DNA of 63,719 bases, counting the filler, from Octopus bimaculoides (lineage: Eukaryota), in assembly GCF_001194135.2 (NCBI RefSeq). It is 4 parts of 4 records of this genome, joined end to end, with 100 filler letters (N's around TTAATTAATTAA, not from the genome) between each part and the next. Parts side by side here need not be neighbours in the genome. Positions count along the whole stretch, not along the records: positions 38,758 to 60,152 come from NC_068987.1; positions 60,253 to 63,719 come from NC_068983.1; 2 more parts are not named here. The stretch is one strand, 5' to 3'. A model generated the notes under the pieces. That model was not told the DNA's origin. It worked only from the letters and a program-made list of their open reading frames with translations, and searched no databases. Shown here piece by piece: positions 52,450 through 63,719 of the stretch (position 1 is its first letter; each line of letters begins with the position of its first letter). Both the position numbers and the translations under genes were made by a program.

Positions 52450-53861
52450 GTCGCGGTTTCAAAGCGACGAAACTATTTTGACACAAATGAAATTTTAATG
52501 TTGAAGTAAGTGAAACTAGCGGTTTTTGTGTGTTCTTGAATGACTTACAAACGTCTTCCACGCTACAATTGTTTTTGTTTCAGCACACGATCTCAGATCA
52601 AGTTACTTGCTATGCAAGTACATCTCCGTAATTTTTATAATCAATGTGGATAAATGCCAGCAATGACCTTCTCAGCCTCTCCAATNNNNNNNNNNNNNNN
52701 NNNNNNNNNNNNNNNNNNNNNNNNNNNNNNNNNNNNNNNNNNNNNNNNNNNNNNNNNNNNNNNNNNNNNNNNNNNNNNNNNNNNNNNNNNNNNNNNNNNN
52801 NNNNNNNNNNNNNNNNNNNNNNNNNNNNNNNNNNNNNNNNNNNNNNNNNNNNNNNNNNNNNNNNNNNNNNNNNNNNNNNNNNNNNNNNNNNNNNNNNNNN
52901 NNNNNNNNNNNNNNNNNNNNNNNNNNNNNNNNNNNNNNNNNNNNNNNNNNNNNNNNNNNNNNNNNNNNNNNNNNNNNNNNNNNNNNNNNNNNNNNNNNNN
53001 NNNNNNNNNNNNNNNNNNNNNNNNNNNNNNNNNNNNNNNNNNNNNNNNNNNNNNNNNNNNNNNNNNNNNNNNNNNNNNNNNNNNNNNNNNNNNNNNNNNN
53101 NNNNNNNNNNNNNNNNNNNNNNNNNNNNNNNNNNNNNNNNNNNNNNNNNNNNNNGAAGCAGGGTATTAGAAAGAGTTTTCAAAACTTTTTTCATACAAAG
53201 ATGTCCTCTCCCAACCCCATCATTTCGAAAACTGTAGTTTAAAAAAATGGAGAAAATCCCCGAAAAAATTTTTTCCACAAATTTCTTTATAATCGTAATC
53301 TATGCCGCTTGAAAGGAATTTGTATAAATTTTCATTAAAAGATACCCAACTTCCTTAAAGTTATGAGGGAAAAAAGTCAGATTGTGTGAATTTTCCGAAA
53401 TTCGTCTCTCTCCAGTCCTTCGGAAAAATTCTTTCCCATAAATCCCCATATACTCTGAAGCCCCAACGTCTAAGCAGTATTTGTAGAAAATTTTGTTAAA
53501 AAGTATCCATTTTTCTGGATGTTATGAGGCAACAAATTCAGGGGCGTATACATCTGTAGTAATGCCCTTTTATTTATACGAATTTAATCTATCGTTCGAT
53601 TTGACACAACTTCCTGGTACCTTGGGTGCGTTTAGCGGGAATCTCCATTCACTCTATTACAAGCATTCGGCCTAGATCTCAAGTTTGAGGGTATCTTCCT
53701 TCCTTCAAAGTTCAATTCATACCTCCCTTGTTCATCTAATTTTAACCTGCATTTCCTCCTACAGAGATTGAGGGAATTTTGAACCTTAGAATAGTAAAAG
53801 AAGCAAAGAGCACGATGTATTTTATCCAACGATCTACCGATTCTGGTATCCTAATTTTTAT

Positions 53862-53982
53862 CCATATTATCTTTCGAGGTTGATGAAATAAGTGCCAGTC
53901 AAGTACCTAGGTTGATGTAATCGACTATATCTCTTTCCCAAAATTTCAGACTTCGTGCCTATAGTAGAGAGGATTATTATTC
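53862..53982 (+). mobile_element. SINE family B core plus tail type 2, partial
   Basis: TTTCGAGGTTGATGAAATAAGTGCCAG...CCCAAAATTTCAGACTTCGTGCCTATAGTAGAGAGGATTATTATT. Confidence 0.75.
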
Positions 53983-54875
53983 AGTTAATGATTTGTACCC
54001 TGTATGCGTAATTGTTCTAAACATTTGAGCAAGAGTATATTGGCCCCTATATTGTGTATAGTTTAATAGGCTCTGCCTTCATTCCCGATTGAAAGATAGA
54101 AAAAAAAAAAACACTGATGAATTTGGGAATTATACTTTTCATGTATACTTCAGAGAGTCATACTTGCATATTACTTCTTCATAATTTTAATAGATTATGC
54201 AATGAGCTTATATCTATTATAAGAAAAACGGCTGAAGAAAATTGATGATGAGAACGGTACATCATAGCTGTAAAGAATTGCTTAATGTCTAAAAGTGAAC
54301 GTGTTGCCAAATTACAAAATTTGTCGAAGATGTGGGAAATGAAATTTCTGGCTTTGAAACTATTCTCGAAAATCATCATCGCTGTATAAATAACAAATTC
54401 TGTATGACACTCGCTACTGTATATTTCTATATATTCTTATCTCCGCAATATAACTGTCTCGTGTACGGAAAAGTGACATTTTAATGGCCCTTTTTAGTGA
54501 ATAATAGTTACTAAAGAGAGACTTGGTTAGCCATTTACATTCACGGATATTACTCTCTTTCGGGTTTTGCTTTTTACCTATTCACATAGCGTATGGATAT
54601 AGACATATGCAAACATGCATGCAAACATAGGTACCAACGCATACATACGTACATACATACATACATACATACATACATACACAAGAAGATATATGTGTAT
54701 GTCTGTGTTTGTGTAGGTATATATATGCTTACAAGCATACAAACACAGATATATATATATATATATACATGCATACATACATATATACATATATATACAT
54801 GTATACGCGTATGTTTGTATACATACATATNNNNNNNNNNNNNNNNNNNNNNNNNNNNNNNNNNNNNNNNNNNNN

Positions 54876-54908
<33 letters not shown>

Positions 54909-56322
54909 CTTACGCATACACACATACATACACACACATGTATATATACATACACGTGTATGTATTATGCGTAAGTACTCTTAAACGTAACATATTCTCA
55001 ATAATATCAATGTGAATGTTTAGAACTTCAGTGTGGTCTAGCCATCTGGTAATAACAGACTCGCAACCGACCAAATAACAGAATATATACATATACTATT
55101 TTGTCATATTTATTTATCTGTCTTCTTGGTAAAGTTTAATGAAACATGAGAAAGATTTGCTGTTACTGCTGTATTTTTCCCATCCATTTTTCTCCACAGT
55201 TAACTATCTTCCATCTAGTATTTTCCTCGTGATTCTATCAGACTATCTTCGTTTCTAACTTTTTTTGCTAACATTTGTTTAGTTCTTTGCCTTCTTGGGT
55301 TGTACTGATTCTGGAGCCTTGCCTTCTAAGTGTATTCGATTACCTAGATTCTTATGTTTCTTTTATTGACTGTTACTGAATGTTTGTAAATTTCAGAAGA
55401 CTGAATACAAAGTGGACCAAGGACGTTAGTATTTTGAAAGTGAAACAATCAAAGACCACAATGTATTTTTTTGCTCGATGCCCCACCGATTCTAGCATCC
55501 TTGTTTTTATGTATATTATCAATCAGAAAGAGAGTCTCTGCATACTGACGTATTTGGTAGATATATGCTTGTGTATTCTAAATGTGAGCGCATGCGTATG
55601 TTGACCCCACTGTCTCTTCTGTGTTTTAATATAAATTATTGTTCAACTTCAGGTCAATTCTAATCAAGAAAACTTATGACGGACGGAATTTAAGGCGCGA
55701 CTATCCCATCGTTTAGTAGTGTGTACGAACATACGAATTAGTATCGATTTCATCATCGTATGTGTAATAAGTTGGTTATAGAGGAACCTTTAAACGATGT
55801 CTTCATGTCGCATATTTTAAGTGAATCGGTCTGGCAGAATCCTTCACCCACCGAATTATTCTTACGTGAGTAGGTGAGTAGTTGATCTCAGAACACAACC
55901 TTAGCAAAACGATTTCGCCAATTTTTCACTAAAACTATTGCTGTTGCTGTTGTTACTTAGGATGGCGAATGCCTTTGGCTTGTGTTACAAATTATCAGCT
56001 AGGCAAGTTGTGCGCTCATTAATGGAGGCGATATAGTGCCACTGCCAAGATCCTAAATGCCAATCTTTCAGTTAATTGGCCGATTCTTTATCCATTCAAC
56101 CATTCATTGTTTCAAGTAGTGATACCCATCAAGGTTATGGACATGCACCAGCTCATTAGTACAGAGACAGACATTGGTAGACACAGCATCATGTTGTGAC
56201 ACCAACCAAAGCTAACGACATACCCACTCCTGGAGTACAGACGCAAACAGATGAACGCTTTCAACTCACGCTACGTATACGTGAATGTAAGATGTAACGT
56301 TAGTTTTAATCAAGCTTTAAAG

Positions 56323-56625
56323 CAGTGGTTCTCAATCGGGCTCCATGTGGCCCTTGAAGGTCCATATAAGATTTTGGGGAGGTCCACACAACAAAATAAA
56401 TTAGGGATCCGCAATTGTATTGTAAAGACCCCTGAAATAAATTGGCTTTAGATGTATGTGTTAGAATAGCATTGCAAGAAACAGCTAACACTTTACATAG
56501 TTCAACCTACACAAGTTAATGGGTGAAACACAAAATAGGTATTTTGAAAGAATGGCTATTGGGGTCCACCAGAATAAAATGGTAATCAAAGGGTTCATAG
56601 GTAAAAAAATGGTTGAAAATCCTTG
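56323..56625. mobile_element. hAT (Charlie/Buster-type) MITE, 303 bp
   Basis: TIR CAGTGGTTCTCAA / TTGAAAATCCTTG (imperfect). Perfect 8-bp TSD CTTTAAAG (56315-56322 and 56626-56633) with central TA. Confidence 0.85.
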
Positions 56626-56919
56626 CTTTAAAGTTTCAACCTACGTTCTTGCCTTGGCTGTGTTGTATGTTCTGTTGTGCGCAATAATATGCCTGCCATC
56701 TTAATGTTTGTTAACTTCAACCAGCTGGTCTAAGAGCTGTCTGCGTAGCAGCACTCTCAGAATATCGCGATCAAACAATAGTTGGTTGTCAAAGTAGGTG
56801 TCGAGAAGGTGCCAAAGACACAGAAGATTTTTGGCATATGTCAGGGTGTCAATAGAATTCTATCTGGATTTTTATGAAATGATAATAATAAAAATAAAAA
56901 TAATAGCAACAATACGAAA

Positions 56920-57800
56920 GAAAATGACCACGACGATGGTGGTGGTGGTGGTGGTGGTGGTGGTGATAGTGGTGGGAGTGATGATGATGATAAAAATTGC
57001 TCTAGGAATCCCAATGTTTTTCTTCTCTTATACCCTCCACCCCCACACCTTAGATGTTTGTTTTATTCATTTTTCGTAATTCTGCGTGTGGTGGTGGTGG
57101 TAGGACTGTTTTCGAGAAAAGAACAATAACCACCACCACCAAAACTGTCACCACCACCGACACCAACCATAACAACAATAAGGGTAACAATAATAGTAAT
57201 ACGTTAAATAAAAGAACATAAAAAAACCCATCTATATTGACTGCAACAACAAGAGCAAGCACAACAGTAATATAGATAAGGCTACCACAGTAATAAACAA
57301 AAGCTAAGAGACAACGAAACCAATGGTAACAATAACAAACAAGCTACTATGACAACAATAATTACAACAACAATTACAATATTAACATTGGTAACAACAA
57401 CAATAACAACAATAGTAACACTAGCAATAACAATAAGAACATCAAGAGTCGAATGAAAGAATTAAAAGTGAATGTAAAAATCAGATATTGAGATAGAGAG
57501 AAAGAGAGGAATTGATGAGGAGAAAGAGAGGCAGAGAAAGAAATATGGACGGTATGATGATGATGATGGTGATGATAATGATGGTGTTGGTGGTAGTGGT
57601 GGTAGCAGAAGTAGTGGTGGCGATGATGACGACGACGACAACGATTATAACGACATTGATGATTACGACGACGACGATGATGATTATGAAGACGATGATG
57701 AAGATGGCGATGATAATGAGAAGGAAGAGTATAGGATTGCTAGAAAAAGCTGAAGTGAGTGATGACAACAACGGTAACAACTACGAATTTTAGAATGATG
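56920..57800. repeat. Degenerate trinucleotide tracts (GGT, CAA, GAT)
   Basis: Read directly; these explain the poly-V/M/T ORFs. Confidence 0.9.
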
Positions 57801-58021
57801 ATAGAGACAGAAGATGAAAATCAGGAGGTTGACCATTTTTCGTAAGAAAAAAAAAAAAACATACAGAAAAAAGAAAGGTAAAATATCAATAAAAGATCTT
57901 CCATAATCCATAATGAAACCAATAACAAAAGGATACAATTACATGAGAGGGAGAGAGAGAGAGAGAAAGGGGGAGAGAAGGGGAGAGAGAAAGGGGGAGA
58001 GAAGGGGGAGAGAAGGGCAGA

Positions 58022-58265
58022 GATATCTTTTACTGTTAATCGTTTCCTTGTTTCAGTCTTTTCACTACGGCCATGCTGGAGCAATGCCTTGGAGGATTTA
58101 GTCGAACAAATCGACCCTAGTACTTCTGTTTAAAAAAAAAAAAATTAAGCCTAATTATTATTCTGACATGCTCTTTTACCGAACTTTTAAGTTACTGTGA
58201 CGTAATCAAGCCTTCACCAGTTGTCAAACGGTCGTGGAGGACAAATACAAACACAAAGACACGCA
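58022..58265 (-). mobile_element. SINE family A, 3' module
   Basis: Reverse-complement tail CCTTGTTTCAGTC...GGCCATGCTGGAGC...TAGTCGAACAAATCGACCC. Confidence 0.85.
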
Positions 58266-58280
58266 CATATATCTATACAT

Positions 58281-58345
<65 letters not shown>

Positions 58346-58783
58346 NNNNNNNNNNNNNNNNNNNNNNNNNNNNNNNNNNNNNNNNNNNNNNNNNNNNNNN
58401 NNNNNNNNNNNNNNNNNNNNNNNNNNNNNNNNNNNNNNNNNNNNNNNNNNNNNNNNNNNNNNNNNNNNNNNNNNNNNNNNNNNNNNNNNNNNNNNNNNNN
58501 NNNNNNNNNNNNNNNNNNNNNNNNNNNNNNNNNNNNNNNNNNNNNNNNNNNNNNNNNNNNNNNNNNNNNNNNNNNNNNNNNNNNNNNNNNNNNNNNNNNN
58601 NNNNNNNNNNNNNNNNNNNNNNNNNNNNNNNNNNNNNNNNNNNNNNNNNNNNNNNNNNNNNNNNNNNNNNNNNNNNNNNNNNNNNNNNNNNNNNNNNNNN
58701 NNNNNNNNNNNNNNNNNNNNNNNNNNNNATAGTATCTATACTACACATACACACGTACACATATATATACATACATATATATA

Positions 58784-60075
58784 CTGGATCATCCCATAAA
58801 TAATGCAGTTTCCTTCAATTGCATGAACTAAAATTTGGAGAGGGACGGGATAAACTACCTGCATCAACTTGCTATAAAACAGGTAATAATTTTACTTTCT
58901 ACTTGTTCTTAGTGCAAGTTTTGAAGAGTGCAGTGCAATTTTAACAGTTATTTTTTCAAAGCTGTAATGGAAGTGACAAAGGAGAATATTCGGCATATTT
59001 TGTTTTACGAGTTCAATAAAGGCAACATCGCAACGGAAAGTGCGAGGAATATTAATGCAGTATATGGGGATCGGTCAATAAACGTAAGCAAGTGTCAATA
59101 GTTCCAGAAATTTCGAGCCGGAAATTTCAGCCAAGAAGACGAACATCATCATTGAAGATCTGTAGAGCTCGACGAGGACGTCCTACAAACCCTGGTGGAA
59201 CAAGATCTCATCGTAACTGTTGAGGAACTAGCAGAGAAGTTTGGATTTGGTCATTGAACCATTCATCGACACCTGCATACCATCGGAAAAGTCAGCAAAC
59301 TGGGTCAATAGGTTCCTCACAAACTTTTCGAGTCTAATCGCGCGCAGAGCGTGAATGTGTTCTCTTCTTTTCTGTCATGTCTTACTAATGAACCTTCTTT
59401 GGACCGAATAGTGACTGGTGACGAGAAATGGGTTCTCTGTAACAATGTCAAGCGCCGAAGACAGTGGGTTGGGAAAGGAGAAACACCGACACCTCAGGCT
59501 AAAGAAGGTCTTCACCCACGTAAGCTGTAAGTTGTTGTTATCTGTTTGGTGGGATACGAAAGGTTTAGTCCATTTTGAACTTTTAAACCCAGACCAAATG
59601 ATAACAAAGGAGATCTACTGTGAGCAGCTTGAGAGGCTTAAGTCAGTGCTAGAAGAAAAACGACCATCTTTGGCTTCAAGACGAAAGATGTTCATCCATC
59701 AGGATAATGCCCGGCGACATACAACGAGTATGACATTCCAAAGGCTGGAGCAGTTTGAATGGGAAACGATGTCCCATCGACCATATTCGCCGGACATTGC
59801 CCCATCTGATTATCATTTAATCCGCGGACTTCAAAATCATTTGGACGGAAAGAATATGAATTCTGTAGACGAGGTCAGAGCAGTACTGTAGGAGTATTTT
59901 TCGTCACGGACAAGAGAATTTTGGAAGAGGGACCTTGCAATTCTGCCAGGGGGATAGAAGAATATTGTAGAAAACGAAGAAAAGTATATTTTATATCAAA
60001 ATAGAACTTTGTCTATTTTAATTTTGAAAAATAAAGAATTATAAAAAAAACTGCATTATTTATGGTATGACCCAA
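58784..60075 (+). mobile_element. Full-length mariner (DD34D) DNA transposon, 1292 bp, inactivated transposase from ATG 58967
   Basis: TIRs CTGGATCATCCCATAAATAATGCAG / CTGCATTATTTATGGTATGACCCAA with TA TSDs. VPHKL, IVTGDEKW, HQDNA and YSPDIAPSDYHL motifs; several stops and frameshifts. Confidence 0.95.
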
Positions 60076-60152
60076 TATATGTATATATGTACATATATAT
60101 ATACTCGTCGAAACGCCGGTGTTAAAACGTGGGTAGCTGATGAAGTAGAATG

Positions 60153-60252
60153 NNNNNNNNNNNNNNNNNNNNNNNNNNNNNNNNNNNNNNNNNNNNTTAA
60201 TTAATTAANNNNNNNNNNNNNNNNNNNNNNNNNNNNNNNNNNNNNNNNNNNN
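60153..60252. other. Synthetic scaffold spacer N44-TTAATTAATTAA-N44
   Basis: Linker at 60197-60208 with 44 N on each side. Confidence 0.95.
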
Positions 60253-61087
60253 TATATATATATGCGTGTGTGTATGTAGTATATGTTTATATAATAAGGC
60301 TGACTGAATAGTAACTGCTGAATTTCAAGGTTGCGTGTATATAAACGATTTGATTCAGCAAAATATCTTGAACAGTTCGTTCTGTTGAACAACTGGATTG
60401 GTAAAACTCAGCATAAAAATCAACGATGAAAACAATTTTAATCCTTAACTCTATGTTCGCAGTCAATTTCTTGAATTAAATAACTTCTCTCTATCTCTTA
60501 GTCAAAAACACACACACACACATACACACCTCCATATATATATTAAGGGCATTATTACAGAAAAATAATAACGCAACACAGTGGACTTCTCAAAATAACC
60601 ACGTTAGTACCTAATGCGAGGAAAAAACAACCAACAGAAGATGACCAACTTTCTTTTAAATAAACTTAACTGTGTATCGACCGATTTCGCGATTACTAGA
60701 ATGAATCTAGATTTCGTTCATCAGCACAGTATTGTCCCTAAAATATATATAAATAAACAGAATTCTCACCTCACCAAAAACGAACACACTACGAATGAAG
60801 TTTATCTGTATATATCTTCATCAAAGAAACGGGAAATACTTCCGGGTTGTTTTTGGGTACCCGTGTGGAGACAGGAATAAAAAATTCAACATATACAGAT
60901 GTATGTATATATGTATGTATGTATGTGTGCATGTGTGTGAGCGTGTGCGTCTGTGCGTGCGTGTGTGTGGGTGTGTGTACCTGACTCAAAGCTTTTCCGC
61001 TGCAAAATGTATATTGTAGGCGTAAATGTACTGTATTCTTTCAATGTCTTGTTCCTACCCTTGTTGCATAAATACGTAAATACACGC

Positions 61088-61370
61088 ATGTAGGTGTGCA
61101 TTTATATAGAGTTGTGATTTGTGCTCTTGAGGAAGGCATTTTTTTTCACTTCGTTCCAGTTCACTCATTTGTAGAAATGAGGTGTGACGTCGCTGGTGCC
61201 AAGTTTTATCGGCCTTTGACTTAACATTGGATAACATCGGTGGTGTGGAAACAGGAGGGTGGTGTGCATGGGTAACTGTTGGATTTCTATAAACAAACAT
61301 GCCGGACTTGTGTCTCGGATGGGAACTTTTTACTTGCAATCCCATGGTCATTCGTAAATGTAGGGGAACT
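61088..61370 (+). mobile_element. SINE family E, diverged
   Basis: Homologous to 21385-21668 (GTTCACTCA...GAAATGA..TGTGACGTC...CCGGACTTGTG...GATGGGAA...CCATGGTCATTC). Confidence 0.78.
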
Positions 61371-63075
61371 TTACAATTTGCACTATAGATATATATAAAT
61401 TGAAAGGTACAATGAATAAACATTCCAATCGGTCAAAACAACTTTATTATATCATTTCCAAATTATCAAAAATCGAACAGAAATATATATTAAAATAATA
61501 GGGCACCCAATGTTAAAACCCAATAGTATAAAATTACACATATACACGAGTAAAAGGTGATAAAACCTAAAAGGAAGTGGATTGAAGAAAAATATATGAA
61601 ATAAATTCTTGGCATTCACTTTCTTTGATATGTCTACTTTCCTTTGTTGTCTCCCTTATACCTTTCCCTCTGTCCCTTCATTTCTCACTCTCTCTTGTTC
61701 CTTCTCTAATTCTTCAATCCCTCTGCTCCCTACCTCTGTCTGTTCTTCCTACATGGTCGGTGCTTGGCCAAGCATGATCTTTCTTTCTTGGCCTGACCGC
61801 CGCTCGCACAAACCTTATTTGCCTGACTTTCATCTATGTTTGTTGTCGTAAGGCATCCACTTCACACGCCATCTTAACTTAACTTATCCTTTTTAGTCGA
61901 AAGACACCTATTGTTATTCTTGTTTTTATTTGTAATTGTGTAACATTTTCTCCGTTTTCTCATATTTTAGCTTGTGTTTTAGCACTTATTCACTCGCTTT
62001 CTTCCAGAAATGTAATGCCCTTCGCTTAGATTTTTGGGGCCCACCTATTTTGAATAGTCTCAAGAGTAACAGGCTGCAACTGTTGTGAGGATTGGAAGCC
62101 TGACTGATGAATAGAAAGCCATGAATGTTCCGTTCTGGATTTCATGCCCGTCTTTGTATCGTCGATATGTCCGTATGTTTTTTTTGTCGTCGGATACGTT
62201 CTTGTGCCGCTCATATATGTTTATATATATATATATAAATATATATATGAAATTCAGTTAAAGGTTATATTAGGCCCATGAAGAAATTGTGACATCCAAG
62301 AAAATTCTGGTTCATTATCAAATATACTGGAGGGGAATTGATTTCCTTCAAATAATAGGTGTGCATATAAACTGTAGTTTATATTCATATAGATGAAGAA
62401 GAATATAAAGAATATAAAGAATATAAAGAAGAATATAAAGGAAGGAGGATAAGTAAATAGACATCGTGAAGTTAATTAGAGTTTATTTTTATTATCAACA
62501 ACAGATCGATCATTATCCCTTACAGCTACTTCAATTATACACAGTGAAACTAATTGAATATTAAATTCATATTTCTGAAAATAATGTCTTCAGAGGGAAG
62601 AATATAACCTTACATGCTTTGTATGTTTGTTTGTAGATTCATCATAGCAGGCTCAATGAGACAGTTTATGCTTTATATTTATATCTGTTTGGGTGAGGGG
62701 TTTGTAGGTTAGTTGAAGGTAAGATAAAGTAATGAATGAATTAGATAGAGATTATAGAGGAAATTACAATATAGATAAGGTGACAAAGTAAAGTACTTTG
62801 TAAGTTGTATATAAAGTTGAGAAAATTGGTATATATACAATTACACACACATATATACGTGCGTGCATACATTCATTTGTACGTTCATATATGTATATAT
62901 ACACACACACACATTCTCATATATTTACATCCATTTACACGTACACACATATCATCACACATACCTATATGCACACTTACGCACATATGTACGTATGCAC
63001 GAATACATTAATACGTTTTCACGTTGGCCTATACATGTACATATACATACATACACGCGCATACATATATATCTA

Positions 63076-63696
63076 TCATCATCATCATTATCATCGTTAA
63101 ACGTCCGCTTTCCATGCTAGCATGGGTTAGCCGATTTGACTGAGGACTGGTGAACCAGATGTCTACACCAGGCTCCAATCTGATTTGGCAGAGTTTCTAC
63201 AGCTGGATGCCCTTCCTGACGCCAACCACTCCGAGAGGATAGTGGGTGTTTTTACGTGCCACCGGCATGAAGGCCATTCAGGAGGTACGGAAACTAGACT
63301 GCTGGTGCTCTGGCAACGATCACGCTCGGACAGTGCTCCTTGTGATCTACTGGTACAGGTACCATCACGATTTCGCTTTCGATTGCCCCAGTAGGTCTTC
63401 GCAAGCCGAGTTTAGTGTTCAATGAAGAGACGTTGGCATGGGTGCCAGTCTACAAATTTAGTTCCATTTCGATTTCGATTTCACTTGCCTCAACAGGTCT
63501 TCGCAAGCGGAGTTTAGTGTCCAAAGGAGGAATGTTACGCGTAAGTAGGCTGGCTGCATCCCTGGCAGAGGCCTTGGACTTTGGTCTCACTTGGCTTGCC
63601 GGGTCTTCTCACGCACAGCATATTTCCAAAGGTCTCAGTCAGAAGTCATTGCCTCAGTGAGGCCTAATGTTCGGAGGTCGTGCTTCACCACCTCAT
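63076..63696 (-). mobile_element. RTE-clade LINE, 5'-truncated, with ORF C-terminus, 3' UTR and (ATG)n tail
   Basis: Minus-strand EVVKHDLRTLGLTEAMTSD*DLWKYAVREKTRQAK* (63587-63696); (CAT)n at 63076-63095. Confidence 0.88.
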
Positions 63697-63719
63697 ATAT
63701 ATATATATATATATATATA

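Noticed and set aside
53158-53560. Helitron/DINE-like repeated AAATTT..TTAAAA...GTTATGAGG motifs
   Set aside because: Probably a repeat relic, but no termini are visible and the left end is in a gap.
55130-55290. Minus-strand KVRNED / RKILDGR / KWMGKI as an RTE relic
   Set aside because: Motifs lie in different frames and are too decayed to support.
60105-60152. GAAAC...CTGATGA as another hammerhead
   Set aside because: No pairing stems are visible and the sequence is cut by a synthetic spacer.

Overview
Animal genomic DNA, very probably Octopus. This is inferred from recognising octopus-type tRNA-derived SINEs and from the extreme (CA)n/(TA)n/(TACA)n density; no database search was run. 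About 10% of the window (~6.1 kb) is N in 18 gaps, three of which are synthetic 100-bp N44-TTAATTAATTAA-N44 spacers. I can support no host protein-coding gene, tRNA, rRNA or CRISPR feature. Nearly all ORF-track entries are microsatellite or gap read-throughs. The window is a dense field of decayed transposable elements: about 25 SINE copies in four modular families (labelled A, B, C, E here), a full-length but inactivated mariner (58784-60075), the 3' part of a Tc1, a 5'-truncated L1/Tx1-clade LINE, several RTE fragments, Penelope-like fragments, a probable BEL/Pao relic, two hAT MITEs with 8-bp TSDs, a mariner MITE, a 91-bp Helitron and five fragments of an R4/Dong-like restriction-like-endonuclease LINE. 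Best leads: (1) the R4/Dong-like LINE appears to insert specifically into (CATA)n microsatellites; (2) a SINE and a Tx1 LINE share a 3' tail; (3) a 235-bp locally templated insertion-with-deletion sits inside one LINE copy; (4) there are hammerhead-ribozyme-like motifs. None of these is proven from sequence alone. I found no convincing novel multi-gene system. Element boundaries are read by eye and are approximate unless TSDs or TIRs are quoted.
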